This document shows, in pieces, positions 51,076 through 62,861 of a DNA stretch of 64,000 bases; positions within the stretch are counted from its first letter, which is position 1, and each line of letters begins with the position of its first letter. Source of the DNA: Selaginella moellendorffii (lineage: Eukaryota; Plantae; Lycopodiophyta); contig NW_003314262.1 of the NCBI RefSeq assembly GCF_000143415.4, positions 2,468,603 to 2,532,602 on the forward strand. The letters run 5' to 3'. The notes beneath the pieces are model-generated. The model did no database searches and was not told the origin of the DNA. It worked only from the letters and a program-made list of their open reading frames with translations. The translations under genes were made by a program, and so were the position numbers.

Positions 51076-53431
51076 TTTGTCCGTGGCATTATTCTTTTGT
51101 GTTTTAGCTATAAACTTAACCAAAAAGGTGGCAAAGTTATTTGGGTGGATCCCTTTAAAGTTATACGAGCTTAGATACTTTAGTGGAGACAACGTATGAG
51201 GAAGTGCGAGAGGGCTTGTAAGCTCACGGCCACTGCTGGGAGCCTCATGATCTTCCGGACCCTTGTCCACAGTGCAAGGTTTATGACTACCACAACAATA
51301 GCAAACACGAGCAAGCGTGCTTCGTGTGTAGGGACAAGGCCTGAAAGAAGCTCCAAGTGGACACAAGGTGGCGTGATAAGGGAGTGATCGCCAAAGAGGG
51401 GCAAGGATTGCGAGTCATACAGAGTTGTGGGAGTTTGCGGCAAGACAACAGTAGCTGAGGGTCTTCTTGAGAGGGGTGAATCGTCCAATACTTTCATGCA
51501 GGGTGATTGTAGGTGGAACTTACAGTCAATCAGCGACCTCAAGAAGTATTTGCCCAAGATGGAGAGATGCAAACCACGTCGGTGGTGACTGTGTGCTAGG
51601 GACTGTTTTCAGGCAAGGTGGAAGAGATGTGCAAACCACTTGTTGATGAAATGTGTATGTATTATTCCCCAATGCTCCTTAGGGGCTTAAACAACAGCAA
51701 GTGTGCACTCTCAAAGAGACTAGTGAGACTACGAGCAGGGATGCCTGGCGCTGCCTGTGGGCTGTCCACCTCCCAGGTGACTCCACTGTGAAACTGGAAG
51801 CCACCTATTACGCTCTGTGACACTCAAAACCACCACGGAGCGCTCCACCACTAACATGCCTTCGGTGCCAAAATGACACCTGATTGCAATGTGACTCCAA
51901 CTTGTAAATCCATGTGAGGTGTGAACATCCTCCAACTCATAGTCGAAGCATGCTACCTTGCCTCCCACACGAGACAAGTGCACTAGCCCATTTTCAAAAG
52001 ATTCCTAACCCAAGGGATTAGAGGAATGGCCCAAACCTCCTCCTAGGGAGCCAAATGCTCTAGATCTAGCGTTGGAGAGGAAACATGTGGATCTCCTACA
52101 CGTGCAGCATCGAATGCAAACCACTTGTTAAGATCTAGCTGGTGATTTTGCATTAGCATTTCCTCAAGAAGTAAAGTGGAGGAGATATGCAAACACTTTC
52201 TGGGGACAAGCCCAAGGATGGAAACATGCAGGGCACTTGGTGGGGGCAAGAATATCTTTATTAACGTTGCCAAATTCATGGAAGAACTTCCAGAAATACA
52301 AAGCAAGCTAGTTCTATGTACTCTAATTTTCTTCCCACCATTATTAGTTAAAAGTGAAATTAGTTAATCATGCTAATCTTTATTACATTGATATTAACAT
52401 TAGTAAAATCTAGATGAAGGAGGAGGCGTGTTGTAGCAGTGATGCTTCCAACTCCCTGGAGGGAGATTTTAAAAACAATGCCTTGTTTTTCACTGGTTTG
52501 TGTTGGTGTGCTGTGACCAAAAGGTGTAAAATGGCAATCATAATGCGTATTTTATGATGCTAAACTACATGAAAATATAGACCAAACATTAACATAATTT
52601 AATATTTTCTAAAAGGATCTAAATATTAAATTAAATTTTTTAGAAGTTAATTAATTTAATTGAAATTAAATTATTAAGATTATAGATATATATTCTATGT
52701 TTTAATGTAAATCAGTGAAGATAATTATTCCAAAAGGTATATTATTTTATTAATTTAAAAAATTAATTAACGTTATCTTTTTTATTTTATAAAATAATGT
52801 TATCTAGCTAGTAATTTGATTGTAACATTAATAAAAATACTATACCACTCAAATTATATTTTTAATTATAAACAGTGGAATTTGTAAGGTAGGATATGTA
52901 TATATTGGGACTACATGAGTTTTTTATTAGAGATGTGGTAAATTATAAAAGAGCTTAGAAAAAATATAAAAGAACCAAAGCAAACTAAGTGTTGTTACGT
53001 TGCATTTTTTTGTCATCTATAATTTTGTTATTTCTTGTTGTTTCCTTTATTTTGTTGGGTGTATTTTCCATGAGTTCTCTTAATCATTTTGACTCTTCAT
53101 TATTATAATCAATAATAAAGTGTTCCATCCACTATTATTTTTAAAAAAAATCCTGGATTATATTTATTTATTTAAAATATTTGATTTTCAAATTTAGTTC
53201 ATGTCTGCAATAATAGCTTAAACTGCATATGAAAGTAATATTCCTATTTTAAACCCTTTTGGATGATTATGGGAAACAATCTTGGCATCCTTTATAGTCT
53301 TCTACTTGAGGTGGCTATCCAATCCAACTATATTAAGATTTTCCCTGACCACCTCAGATCCAATTAGAGAAGTGAAACAAACAAGGAGCCAACCCTTAAG
53401 TAAATTCCATAGACCATAGAATATTCTTAAA

Positions 53432-53969
53432 TGTAAGGGATTCCAAATGTATAGTAGGGATAGTGGTAGGTCGAATATGGCCAACCAACCTGAGGCATAG
53501 TTTAACTCCCACTTGCATGCTTGTCTTTATTTTGCGTTCGACTTAGGTTTAATCCCAAGCTCCACACCATGCTAGCTGGTGGAGTACCTATGTCCTCGTG
53601 TTAAGCCATTTGTATGCTAAAATAACATCAAATTCCATTTAACTCCGTTTTGCGTGCTTGTCCTGGCATTGGGATGCTAGATACTCTAGGACTATTTCAA
53701 GTCACTCTGTATTCCTGTCCCTTTGCTCCTTGGGCTGTGCACTCTAGAGTCACTTTGTGCTCTTATTCCTTCACTCCTTAGTTCCATACTTGGGAGTTTC
53801 ACACCATTCTTTTATTCAGTGGCCCAAGGCTTTGAAACTCAAGTTCCGCACCAGTATCCTTTGGACACGTGGCATGTGACACGTGGCACATAGAGGGTTT
53901 AGGTTCCGCTTTGTGGTTATCCTATGGTAAATCACCATAAGATAAAAGGTAAAAACCACATGCACTACA
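53432..53969. repeat. LTR-like repeat, copy 1
   Basis: TGTA...TACA termini; colinear with 59451-59966. Confidence 0.75.
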
Positions 53970-54728
53970 ATATTGTTATGTAAGAAAATTGTATTGCTTT
54001 CTTTCTTTTATAGTTGTTTGTCGCAACGTTAGTATTGCTATTTGCACATCTTTTCTTCATGGTGTATAGACTCCCTTCATATGAGGCTCATGTATCTTCT
54101 TGAGGCTGCTATCCATGGCTAGGTCAAGAGGGAGGGGAGAATGACTTAAACCATAGGAATATTCTGGAATGTCCCTAGATTGCGAATTTGGACATGGGAT
54201 GAACACCATTGTATTTAAGACAATCTCTACATTCCATAAATATGCCAAATAAGCAAATCTAGATACTTTCCATAAATAACATTTAGGACCAAATTGAGAC
54301 TAACGCAAAAGGTATGATAGTGAAGATGTTTAGCAGACACGGTAAACTATCATTTAACGAATATTAAGGGACCAATCTCAATATCGCAGGGGTTCTTAAT
54401 ACTAGCAAGTGCAAGCCAATGACAAAAGTTTCTCAAACTAGGCTGAGTACAGCAAGAAACACATAGGGTTCCTACCTTATGTTTATCCGATTTAAGTGCA
54501 CGGTTATTGACCAATTTTTTAACTAGCTCAAGTGGGAACTGATAACGGGTCCAACAATACCAACCTCCTGTCATCATGGCAGTAAGGAAAGAATATCTGA
54601 AAGAACTAGCCAACAGGTAACTTTCGATACTCGAAGTCATATTCGCGACAAATATAATTATAGAAATAAGAGAATGAAAGTAGAACAAATGGCTCAAATC
54701 ATATAGCAATATGGCTATAAAACTTAAT

Positions 54729-57306
54729 TCTCCCCTTCCTCAGTAATGTTATCCAAATCATAACCAAAATATGGAAACACTCACTTCATGTCATTCTCAA
54801 TTTCCCATGTAGCTTTGTCCATGGAATAACTAATAACTCACTAATTATCTTTTGCCATGTTTTCACTAATTTTTAAGCAAGAATATTAGCTGGACTAGCC
54901 TTCTCAACATCAATTTCTAGGACCTAGATGATGGACTAATCCACAATATCACTATAGTGCAAACACGCTTTAAGCTTGCTCAAATGGGATGTTAGATGAA
55001 TCTTCAAACAAGTTAACAAGTCCAAAGTGTATGCAAGATCCCCCACGCGCTATAAAATTATCTAAAGCCCATAATACCATGGAGACAACTTAGCATTGCC
55101 ACCTTTTTTTAGAGACTGTTATACATCTGACAGCTTAAGGAAAACCTTATCACCAACTTTGTACTCTTGATGATGATAATGCTTATTAGCTAATCTTTTG
55201 TCTCGATTTTGAGCTTGCCTCATATTCAACTTTGCCAACTCAAGCTTGTCTTATATATCCTCTAGGAAATCACAAGTATAAAGTACCCGAACCAAAGCCA
55301 AACTCAAATTCATAAGAGACTTATGCTTATAGCCATACATCGCCATAAATGTAGATATACTAATAGTCGATTGATAACTATTATTGTGAGAAAATTGAAG
55401 CAAAGACAAATACTTCTCCCATACTCTCTATCTAGTCAAGTTTCCCACAAAATACCTCAACATATCTTCCAACAACTGATTCATGTATTCTGTTTGCCCA
55501 TTTGATTGTGGATGCTCACCATTACTCACGCTCAACTTAGTCTCTAGTTTCTTAAAGGCCATTTGCCAAAACTTGGATGTGAACTTGGGATCCTGATCAT
55601 TCATAATATCACCTAGTAAATAATAGAAATTGAATAATTAGTCTATAAATAACTAAACAAGTTCAAAAGCTTTAATAGTCATTTTCACTAGGAAGAAGTG
55701 AGCCATCTTCATCAAACAATCCACAACAACCCAAATAGCATTATTTCCTTGAAATGTCTTGGATAAACCAGTGATAAAGTCCATTGAGATGCTATCTTAT
55801 TTATTCTCAGGTACATGTAAAGGATGATAGAGGTTAGTGAGTTTTTGATAATCAACTTTAACCACCTAGTAAGTCAAACAACTATGTATATACTTCTCAA
55901 TCTCCTCATCTTCAGCAAGACTAGTACAAGTTAGTTGTTATTGATAAGGGGTAACTTCAGGAACCAAGTCAATCTCATGTTAAATTCCACATTTGGGAGG
56001 CAAACTATCAAGCAACTCATTTAGAAATATGAACTCTTCTTGAATGGAATCCACCTGAGCTCTATGCCCACGAACGTACTCTAAATTAGACATGATCATA
56101 TTATAAAGAAATGGGTACACTATGAAAGAGCTAGTTATGTCATTTGTGACAATGAAAACAATTACCCTCCATCTTGTCCTTCTCTCACTAGTTTAAATGA
56201 TTTTTTTGGCCTCATTACCATCTCCACTCTTCAAGCTATAATGGAACAATAGGCACTTCTTCTTCGAATATGAAGTATTGGTGTGCTGGTCATCATGTTG
56301 ACTACCATACTGTTGACCATAGTTGACCAAGTTGACTGATGGTTTGGGTGAAAAAATATAAGCTTTAGTGATAACATCAGTCAACATTATAGAAAAATCC
56401 TTCTTGACCTTCTATTGCACATCCATTGAGCTCAAACTTTTGATGAAACACTACACCTTTAGTAGCTCATTATAGGCACCTATGAGACTAAGGCAAAGAT
56501 TATGGAATTTGTGGGCATATACATCTAAAGACAAAGTCTCTTTCTAGATCTTTAATAGTTAATTCATAAAATCAACCCCTTCAAACTTCTTGACAAACAA
56601 AACACAGAAAACCTTTATCAAATCACTTCAAGAAGTTGGCTTGGGATTAATTTTAATGTAGTTCTTCCACCATAAAGAAGTATGCCATGTAAGCTTCGTC
56701 ACAAAAAAATCAATTTTTACCTTATCCTCATAAGGATTATGAAATTAACAACTTTCCCACAATTCCAATTAACAATCAACCTCTTGGCTATCACAAACAT
56801 CTAGTGATGACTTCCATTCCACTATACCATAATCTTTGGCATGTTTGATATACCAATGGTAATCATGGACAAGAGATTGATTCATATTGAAAGTCCATAT
56901 GAAGCAAGAAATCCTTAATGAGATTGATGAAATTCTTAACCTCCTTAATGTTGCTTTGAACCTTAGAAATCTGGTGTCCCTGCCACACAACGACATCATC
57001 AAGAGTTTTTTCCTCATCGTCATGGCCAACATCACTAACACTATACTCCTTATTAGGATCTATATCTTGTTTATCTACCATCCTCAAAAGAATATGTTGT
57101 TCCAATACTAATGAAATGAAAAGGAGCAAACCCTAGGCCAACCTCCCAACCCTACAGCCTTAAATCTCACAGGCTATAGAATATTCTTAGAATATTCCTG
57201 TGGTTCATGAAGAAGCTTAACTCATTCTAGCCCCAACAAATTAGGGTTCTGTAGAGATTTCTAGAGAAACTAGCCAGGAGCTCAAGCTCCAATTGGGCTC
57301 TTACCA
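54729..57306 (-). mobile_element. Decayed chromovirus-type gypsy element (gag, internal deletion, integrase, chromodomain, PPT)
   Basis: PBS-like TGGTAAGAGC (57297-57306), gag remnant, integrase homologous to 10040-10830, chromodomain-like DKATWEIE (~54800), PPT GGAAGGGGAGA (54729-54739). Confidence 0.7.
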
Positions 57307-58391
57307 TAGCACAACGACAAAAACTGCCAAGAAAATTATGATGTGATTTTATTGAATTCTGCTCAAAGGCACCAAAATGCTGGAGCTTCAGGCATCTGGT
57401 ACCTAAATCCCTAGAATCCAATCTCTAAACTCCAATGATTGCATGATTGCATGGTGTTCTCTAGCTCCTAAACAACCAATTGCTTGCATGATAAGATTTG
57501 AGAAATATTCTATAGTGATAGGGTCTAGTGTGCATCTGAAGCACTGATGTATGGCCTAGACCTCATCACTTACACATAAGGGCATTGCCACTAGATTTAG
57601 GGCAATTATATCTTAGAGGATAGCACTATGGAAAGAAAGCCATCCATCTTCAAGTTTAATTGAGAAAGTTTTGAGGGATTCAAAATCCACTTTGAAACCT
57701 ACCTTTTATTTGAGCTTAGACTATTAAGGTTCATAACTAGACCTTCTTGGATTCCCAAGCTAGAGGGAGCATTGCAATGTGCCTATCCTAGAATGTTCTC
57801 TTTATTACTCCATCAATTCCTAAGTCCACTCTAGAAGTGGTTGAATGACAACATCAAGATTGAGATGGATGTTTTCTCAACATCCATTCACAAATGAACT
57901 CTCAATTAAATGAAGAGTCAACCAAATAGATGCCAAACACCATAACAACTCCTTTGATCACAAAGCTTGGGAACAAAACATTAAATTTTGATGCAATATG
58001 GAAATATACATGGCTCCCTGAGCAAGAGGAAGTTGAAATTGAGCAGTGCCTTAACTGGTAAAGTGGTATCAGTGCAAGGGTGAACACCATATTTACTATT
58101 ACTTAACTAATAACACTCAAAGAGATTCTTTTTATTTCCCATAAGATCAGTACAACTAAAGTCTATTAAAGCCACTTACTAATGCCACAATTGCTTTTGT
58201 GTTATAGAACTTCTCAATAGACTTACTTATGCCAATTGCATTGCTCTTAAGGAGTAGCTAGATGCTTAATAGGCTTTGGGGTAAGAGAAAATTACATTTT
58301 TACCATTAAAACTTTATAAAATTATAAATCTGCCCCTAGAAGTTCTAAGATTATAATTTTTCTCTAATGAAGTTTTGAATATTACAATAAT

Positions 58392-58713
58392 TTATTGCAT
58401 GTTGCATGCAGTAATGCTTGGTTTGCTTAATAGTAGTGTTATTCTTATTTATTACTCAAATTAGTCAAATGTAAGTTCATAATCATAAGCATGTTTATAA
58501 TTTATAAATGCAATATTAATATTATTGAATATCAATAATTAGGTTATAGGAAGTGTTTAGGAAAGTTTATAAATTATAAACATGTTAATAAATTATATAT
58601 ACAAGATTAATATAAATGAATAACAACCACTAGATGGTAAAATATACTAGAATATCTAAGTATATTCACTACCACCTCACTCTGCCTATAGGTTTGCTTA
58701 AGCAAACAAAAAA
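58392..58713 (-). mobile_element. Non-autonomous Helitron2/Helentron-like element, copy 2
   Basis: Colinear with 2771-3098 including both terminal structures. Confidence 0.6.
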
Positions 58714-58957
58714 TACCTTTACTCAACCTTTCAACACCCTTCAACTAGAATAATTTAGAATATTCTACTTATTTTAAAATAATCTAGAGTATTCTATTTA
58801 ATTTTGGGTAAATGGGATTAGGTATTAAGGTTAATTAAACATTGGGTTAGGGGAGTACTATAGGATCCATCAAGAAGTTATAAAAAGTTAATTTTATTTG
58901 TGATCACTATAAACTCCACATGATTGCATTGAATTGGAAAAGATATATTATAATGTA

Positions 58958-59422
58958 AGCTCCTGAGTTTGGACTTCCTGGGAGGTTGAAAGGGCCTTTT
59001 CCCTCTATATTTAAACCCTATGGATCGTCTATCAAGTTGTTCTTTTTGGTTGCTTACAATCCACCACGCTTCCCTGCAAGTTCATGCCCTCGTGAACAGA
59101 AGTTGAAAGCCGCAGCTCTTCTAAGAGCCTCGCTCTCTTGACACCATACCCCTCGGGTTGAGCCCAACAGAAGCAAACTGAACTAACCAAATGTTAATTA
59201 ACATGTGCTGTGATTCCTTTAGCCAACCAACAGAGTCAAACCTAAGACCCTCCTGAGTTTGGACTTCCCGAGAGGTCATATAGCCCAGTACTATTCAAAC
59301 CCAAACCCCAAATATCCCAAGACCCTTAACCGATTGGAAAAGGGGGTGTGCTTTTATTCATGGGCCCTTTCTCTCTATATTTAAACCGCATGAATTATTT
59401 CTCAAGTCGTTCTCTTTGGTTG
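58958..59422. repeat. Local direct duplication (two blocks each repeated)
   Basis: ctcctgagtttggacttcc at ~58960 and ~59250; ctctatatttaaacc..tcaagt..ttggttg at ~59000 and ~59372. Confidence 0.7.
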
Positions 59423-59450
59423 ATTATATATAACTTGTAAAAGTGAGGGT

Positions 59451-59966
59451 TGTAGGGGATTTCAAATATATAATAGAGATAGTGGGTAAATCAAGTATGG
59501 CTGACCTAAGATATAGTTTAGTTCTCACTTGTGTGTCTATCTTTGTTTTGGATCTAGTTTAGGTTTAAACCCAAGTTTCACATCATGTTAACTAATGGAG
59601 TAGTTATATCCTCATGTTAAACCACTAGTATGCTGAAATAGTGCTATACCTCATTTAGCTCTATTTTATATGTTAGTCCTAGCATTGGGATATTGGAAGT
59701 TCTAGGATTGTTTCAATGCTGTTCTGTGCTTCTATCCTTTCGCTCTTTAGGCTAAATGCTCAGGAGTGGCTTCGTGCTCTAGTTAGCTTCTTGGTTGCAA
59801 GTTTGGGAGTTTGGCTCTGTTCCTTCATTCAATGGCTCAAGGCCTTGAAACTTGGATTCCTCTCCACTATCTTTAGACACGTGGCATATAGAGGGCTAGG
59901 TTTTGCTTTGTGGTTATCCTATAGTAAATCACTATAGGATATAAGATGAAAACCACATGAACTACA
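59451..59966. repeat. LTR-like repeat, copy 2, followed by an inverted partial copy (~59989-60130)
   Basis: TGTAG...CTACA termini; diverged from copy 1 largely by transitions. Confidence 0.75.
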
Positions 59967-60760
59967 GTAACTAGTCTTTTATGTATAAAACTAAGAAGTG
60001 AAGGAAATGACATATGAAACTACTCTTGAGCATATAGCCCAAAGAGTGAAGGAGCATGAGCATAAAGCGATATAGGAACAATTCTAGAGCGTTCAACATC
60101 TCAATGCTAATATTAACATACAAAGCAAAACCATTCCAAGTAAATTATCATCTGATAAACTAATATAGTAGAGGAATTACCAAGATCACTTAAGATTAAC
60201 CATCTAACAAAATTCAATAGCAAGTGTATTATAAAGAAACACTCAATGATAATAACTATCAAATATTGTAGACAATATATTAAATAACTTAGGAAAGGCA
60301 ACTTAAAGAATACAAAGTATCATTGATAGATAAATAAAATGTTAACAAATGTATCACTTGAAGAAAATAACATTTTAATACATCAAAACTAAATTAAGCA
60401 ATAATCCACAAAATAGAAAGAAATGTTTTAGGTAATAAAGAAACAAAATTATTTTTTAAATTAAATTATAATCATATATATAAACAATAGTGTAAAATCC
60501 ATTTAATTAGCAATAGTGAAAGAAATTTACAACAAGAAACTTTTCTTGTTTTGTTTTTGCTTTAGCCACTGCCATTTGTTACATCTACAAATGATATATT
60601 CTCACTACTTTATAAAATAACTATATTATAATCATATCCTATCATATCTCTCATATCTTATATATATAATCATATGCTATTCTATCAAAACTTAAAGTCC
60701 TAAATTTATCACTTATTTATTTTCTTTATAGATTTCTTTATAGTATAAATCAACTTTATA

Positions 60761-61654
60761 ATGTTTCTTAGAATATTTTTATTTCTTTTCCAATTTATTT
60801 CAAGTTTTGGAAAAAAATCAGAAATAAAATTTGGAAATATAAATTTTTTAACTGAAAATGAAGTTGGAATGATTATTGATGAAGGATATGCACGTCTATT
60901 ATCACATATCAAATCAAGAAAGCACCCATATTCTTCAACCTACCACAACGTATTTATTGTAGAATATAAAAGAATAACTGCAGTTTTTCTATTTCAACGT
61001 TTAGAAGGTAATCCACCTATATGTTCATCAGGGATGTCAAATAATATAACTTATGGAGGTGCATTAAGAACTGCTTTAAAACGTATATATAAACAGTATC
61101 ATAAATCTATAATGAAAGCACGTGCTGAAGAATGTACCATAACATCAGATTATTATAATTTTGAGTATAATGTTTTTTCCAAAGAAGAAGATAACAATTT
61201 ACTTGAGAAAAAAAGATTTGAAGATACTACCTTAAGTGGAACATCATATATTTGTGATTTATCATTAACAACTTTGAGTGCTGGATTTAGCAATAATAAA
61301 CTTTATACTAGTCAATATATAATTTCTACAAATAGAGAGAATATTTTATTAGTAACATCAAATTGTAAAATTTCTCTCTATTCTAAGAAAGAAAGGTTAT
61401 GGACTTCTGACAATATAAATGAATATTTTGGTGTATGCATACTTATTTTACAAAATGATGGTCATCTTGTATTATATACAGAAAATAAAATAGTAATGTG
61501 GTCTACTAAAAAATTTTGTATAAATTGTTTGTTGTTCACTTTTCTAACAATAAAAAATGATTGTAATATGATTATATATAAATCAGAAGCACCAAATTCA
61601 GTCTGGTGGGCATTGAATACTAAATCTTTAAACAATATTAATAAGAAATTTTAA
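60761..61654 (+). CDS. Secreted protein: signal peptide + unknown domain + bulb-type lectin; paralog of 19236-20120
   Basis: Intronless 297 aa ORF; signal MFLRIFLFLFQFISSFG; lectin motifs TSNCKISLY, QNDGHLVLY and KNDCNMIIY. Confidence 0.82.
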   Translation: MFLRIFLFLFQFISSFGKKSEIKFGNINFLTENEVGMIIDEGYARLLSHIKSRKHPYSSTYHNVFIVEYKRITAVFLFQRLEGNPPICSSGMSNNITYGGALRTALKRIYKQYHKSIMKARAEECTITSDYYNFEYNVFSKEEDNNLLEKKRFEDTTLSGTSYICDLSLTTLSAGFSNNKLYTSQYIISTNRENILLVTSNCKISLYSKKERLWTSDNINEYFGVCILILQNDGHLVLYTENKIVMWSTKKFCINCLLFTFLTIKNDCNMIIYKSEAPNSVWWALNTKSLNNINKKF

Positions 61655-62715
61655 AAATGTATTATTTAATTTTATTAAGTTAAATTAGGTTAACAATAGT
61701 ACTTTTTGGCCTTTTTGATGTTTTTTTATGTTTTCCTATACATTGCTAACTTATCAGTTCATGATACCCTTGGTAATTGATGTGATTATTTAACTCTCTT
61801 TCTAAAGAAAATTGGAAATAGCAATTCTGTAAGGGCTCACCAGAACTCAAGTGAAATTTAATAGGGAAATACTTATGTCTGAGCTTGAGATAGAAATATT
61901 AGTATATGATCTTGCCTTAATATATTTTTATTTACACACCCTTGAATTGCATGAGGTATATTATGTCTTGCTTATGAGTATAATTGCCACTAGATATTCA
62001 GCACCTTTTATTTGAAAAGTTATCTCTCTTTAACATAGAGCTGCTAAGTAAGACAATGGTGCTATTACTATTGGTGACGGCGGTGGAGGAGGCAATGGTG
62101 ATGGAGTAATATTAAGGGGAGTGATGGTGTAGCATTTGCTTTTGCTTCATTGCTAACAATATTTTGGTGGAATTCTTGCCATAGACAAGGATGGGCATAT
62201 AGTGTTGAGGGGGTTAAATTATTTTTCACTCTTACAACTGCTCTAGACAAATCTCAAGTATGAAATGTGGCTTGGATTTTGGTTGAAACTCCTCTCTTCT
62301 TGTTCTAAGTGGCAAGGCTTTTTTAGATTCAAGGAATTTATTGCTACAATGCAAGTAAAGAATTTGAGTTTCATGTTATTGTTGGTGTTGTTGTGCTGTT
62401 TTAAAATTTCCCTCATTATTAAGTTTATATTGACTGGATAGAAATTTAAACAATTATTTTTATTAGTGATATGTAAGAAAAATAGTATTAAATATTTATT
62501 ACAAACGAATCAAAAAAAAGTATGATAGTGGAATATCCTTAAATATAATTGAATGTTTTAGATATATTCCTTATACACTATACCTCCTACAAGTTTTCGA
62601 AAGCAAACCAAAACTAAAAGTAGTTGAAGCTTTCTGAAAAGAAAATTAGATATTAAAATTACAAAAATATAAAAATTAATTAAGTTCTAGACTACTTTTA
62701 TATTGAAATTAGTTA

Positions 62716-62861
62716 TATGAGTGCATGGAATATGATAGCCTAAAAACCCTAGTTTATATACAAGATCAAGTGCTCTAAATTGAAATCAATTTAATGGCTA
62801 CCAAAATCCCACTATATCAATATTAGTATACAACATTGTAATTATACTCTTGGACTTTATA
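62716..62861 (-). repeat. 3' LTR of a gypsy element of family A
   Basis: Homologous to 3151-3357 (gtccaag...tactaatatt...atgcactca); preceded on the minus strand by PPT GAAAGGAGGGGA. Confidence 0.72.

Noticed and set aside
51180-52400. Moderate-GC stretch with recurring GAGATG(T)GCAAACCAC motif
   Set aside because: No coherent ORF, termini or periodicity; probably a decayed repeat
54350-54709. ORF with weak F-box-like or primase-like words (QFPLELVKKL, PCDIEIGP)
   Set aside because: Too short and degenerate, in TE context, with no supporting continuation
58063-58074. iMet-like PBS TGGTATCAGTGC on the plus strand
   Set aside because: Not preceded by a recognisable LTR end (CA) and no gag follows; cannot be assigned to an element
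53432-59966. One full-length retrotransposon bounded by the two LTR copies
   Set aside because: Flanks do not form a TSD (TTAAA vs GTAAC), and the internal PBS/PPT candidates are not adjacent to these LTRs
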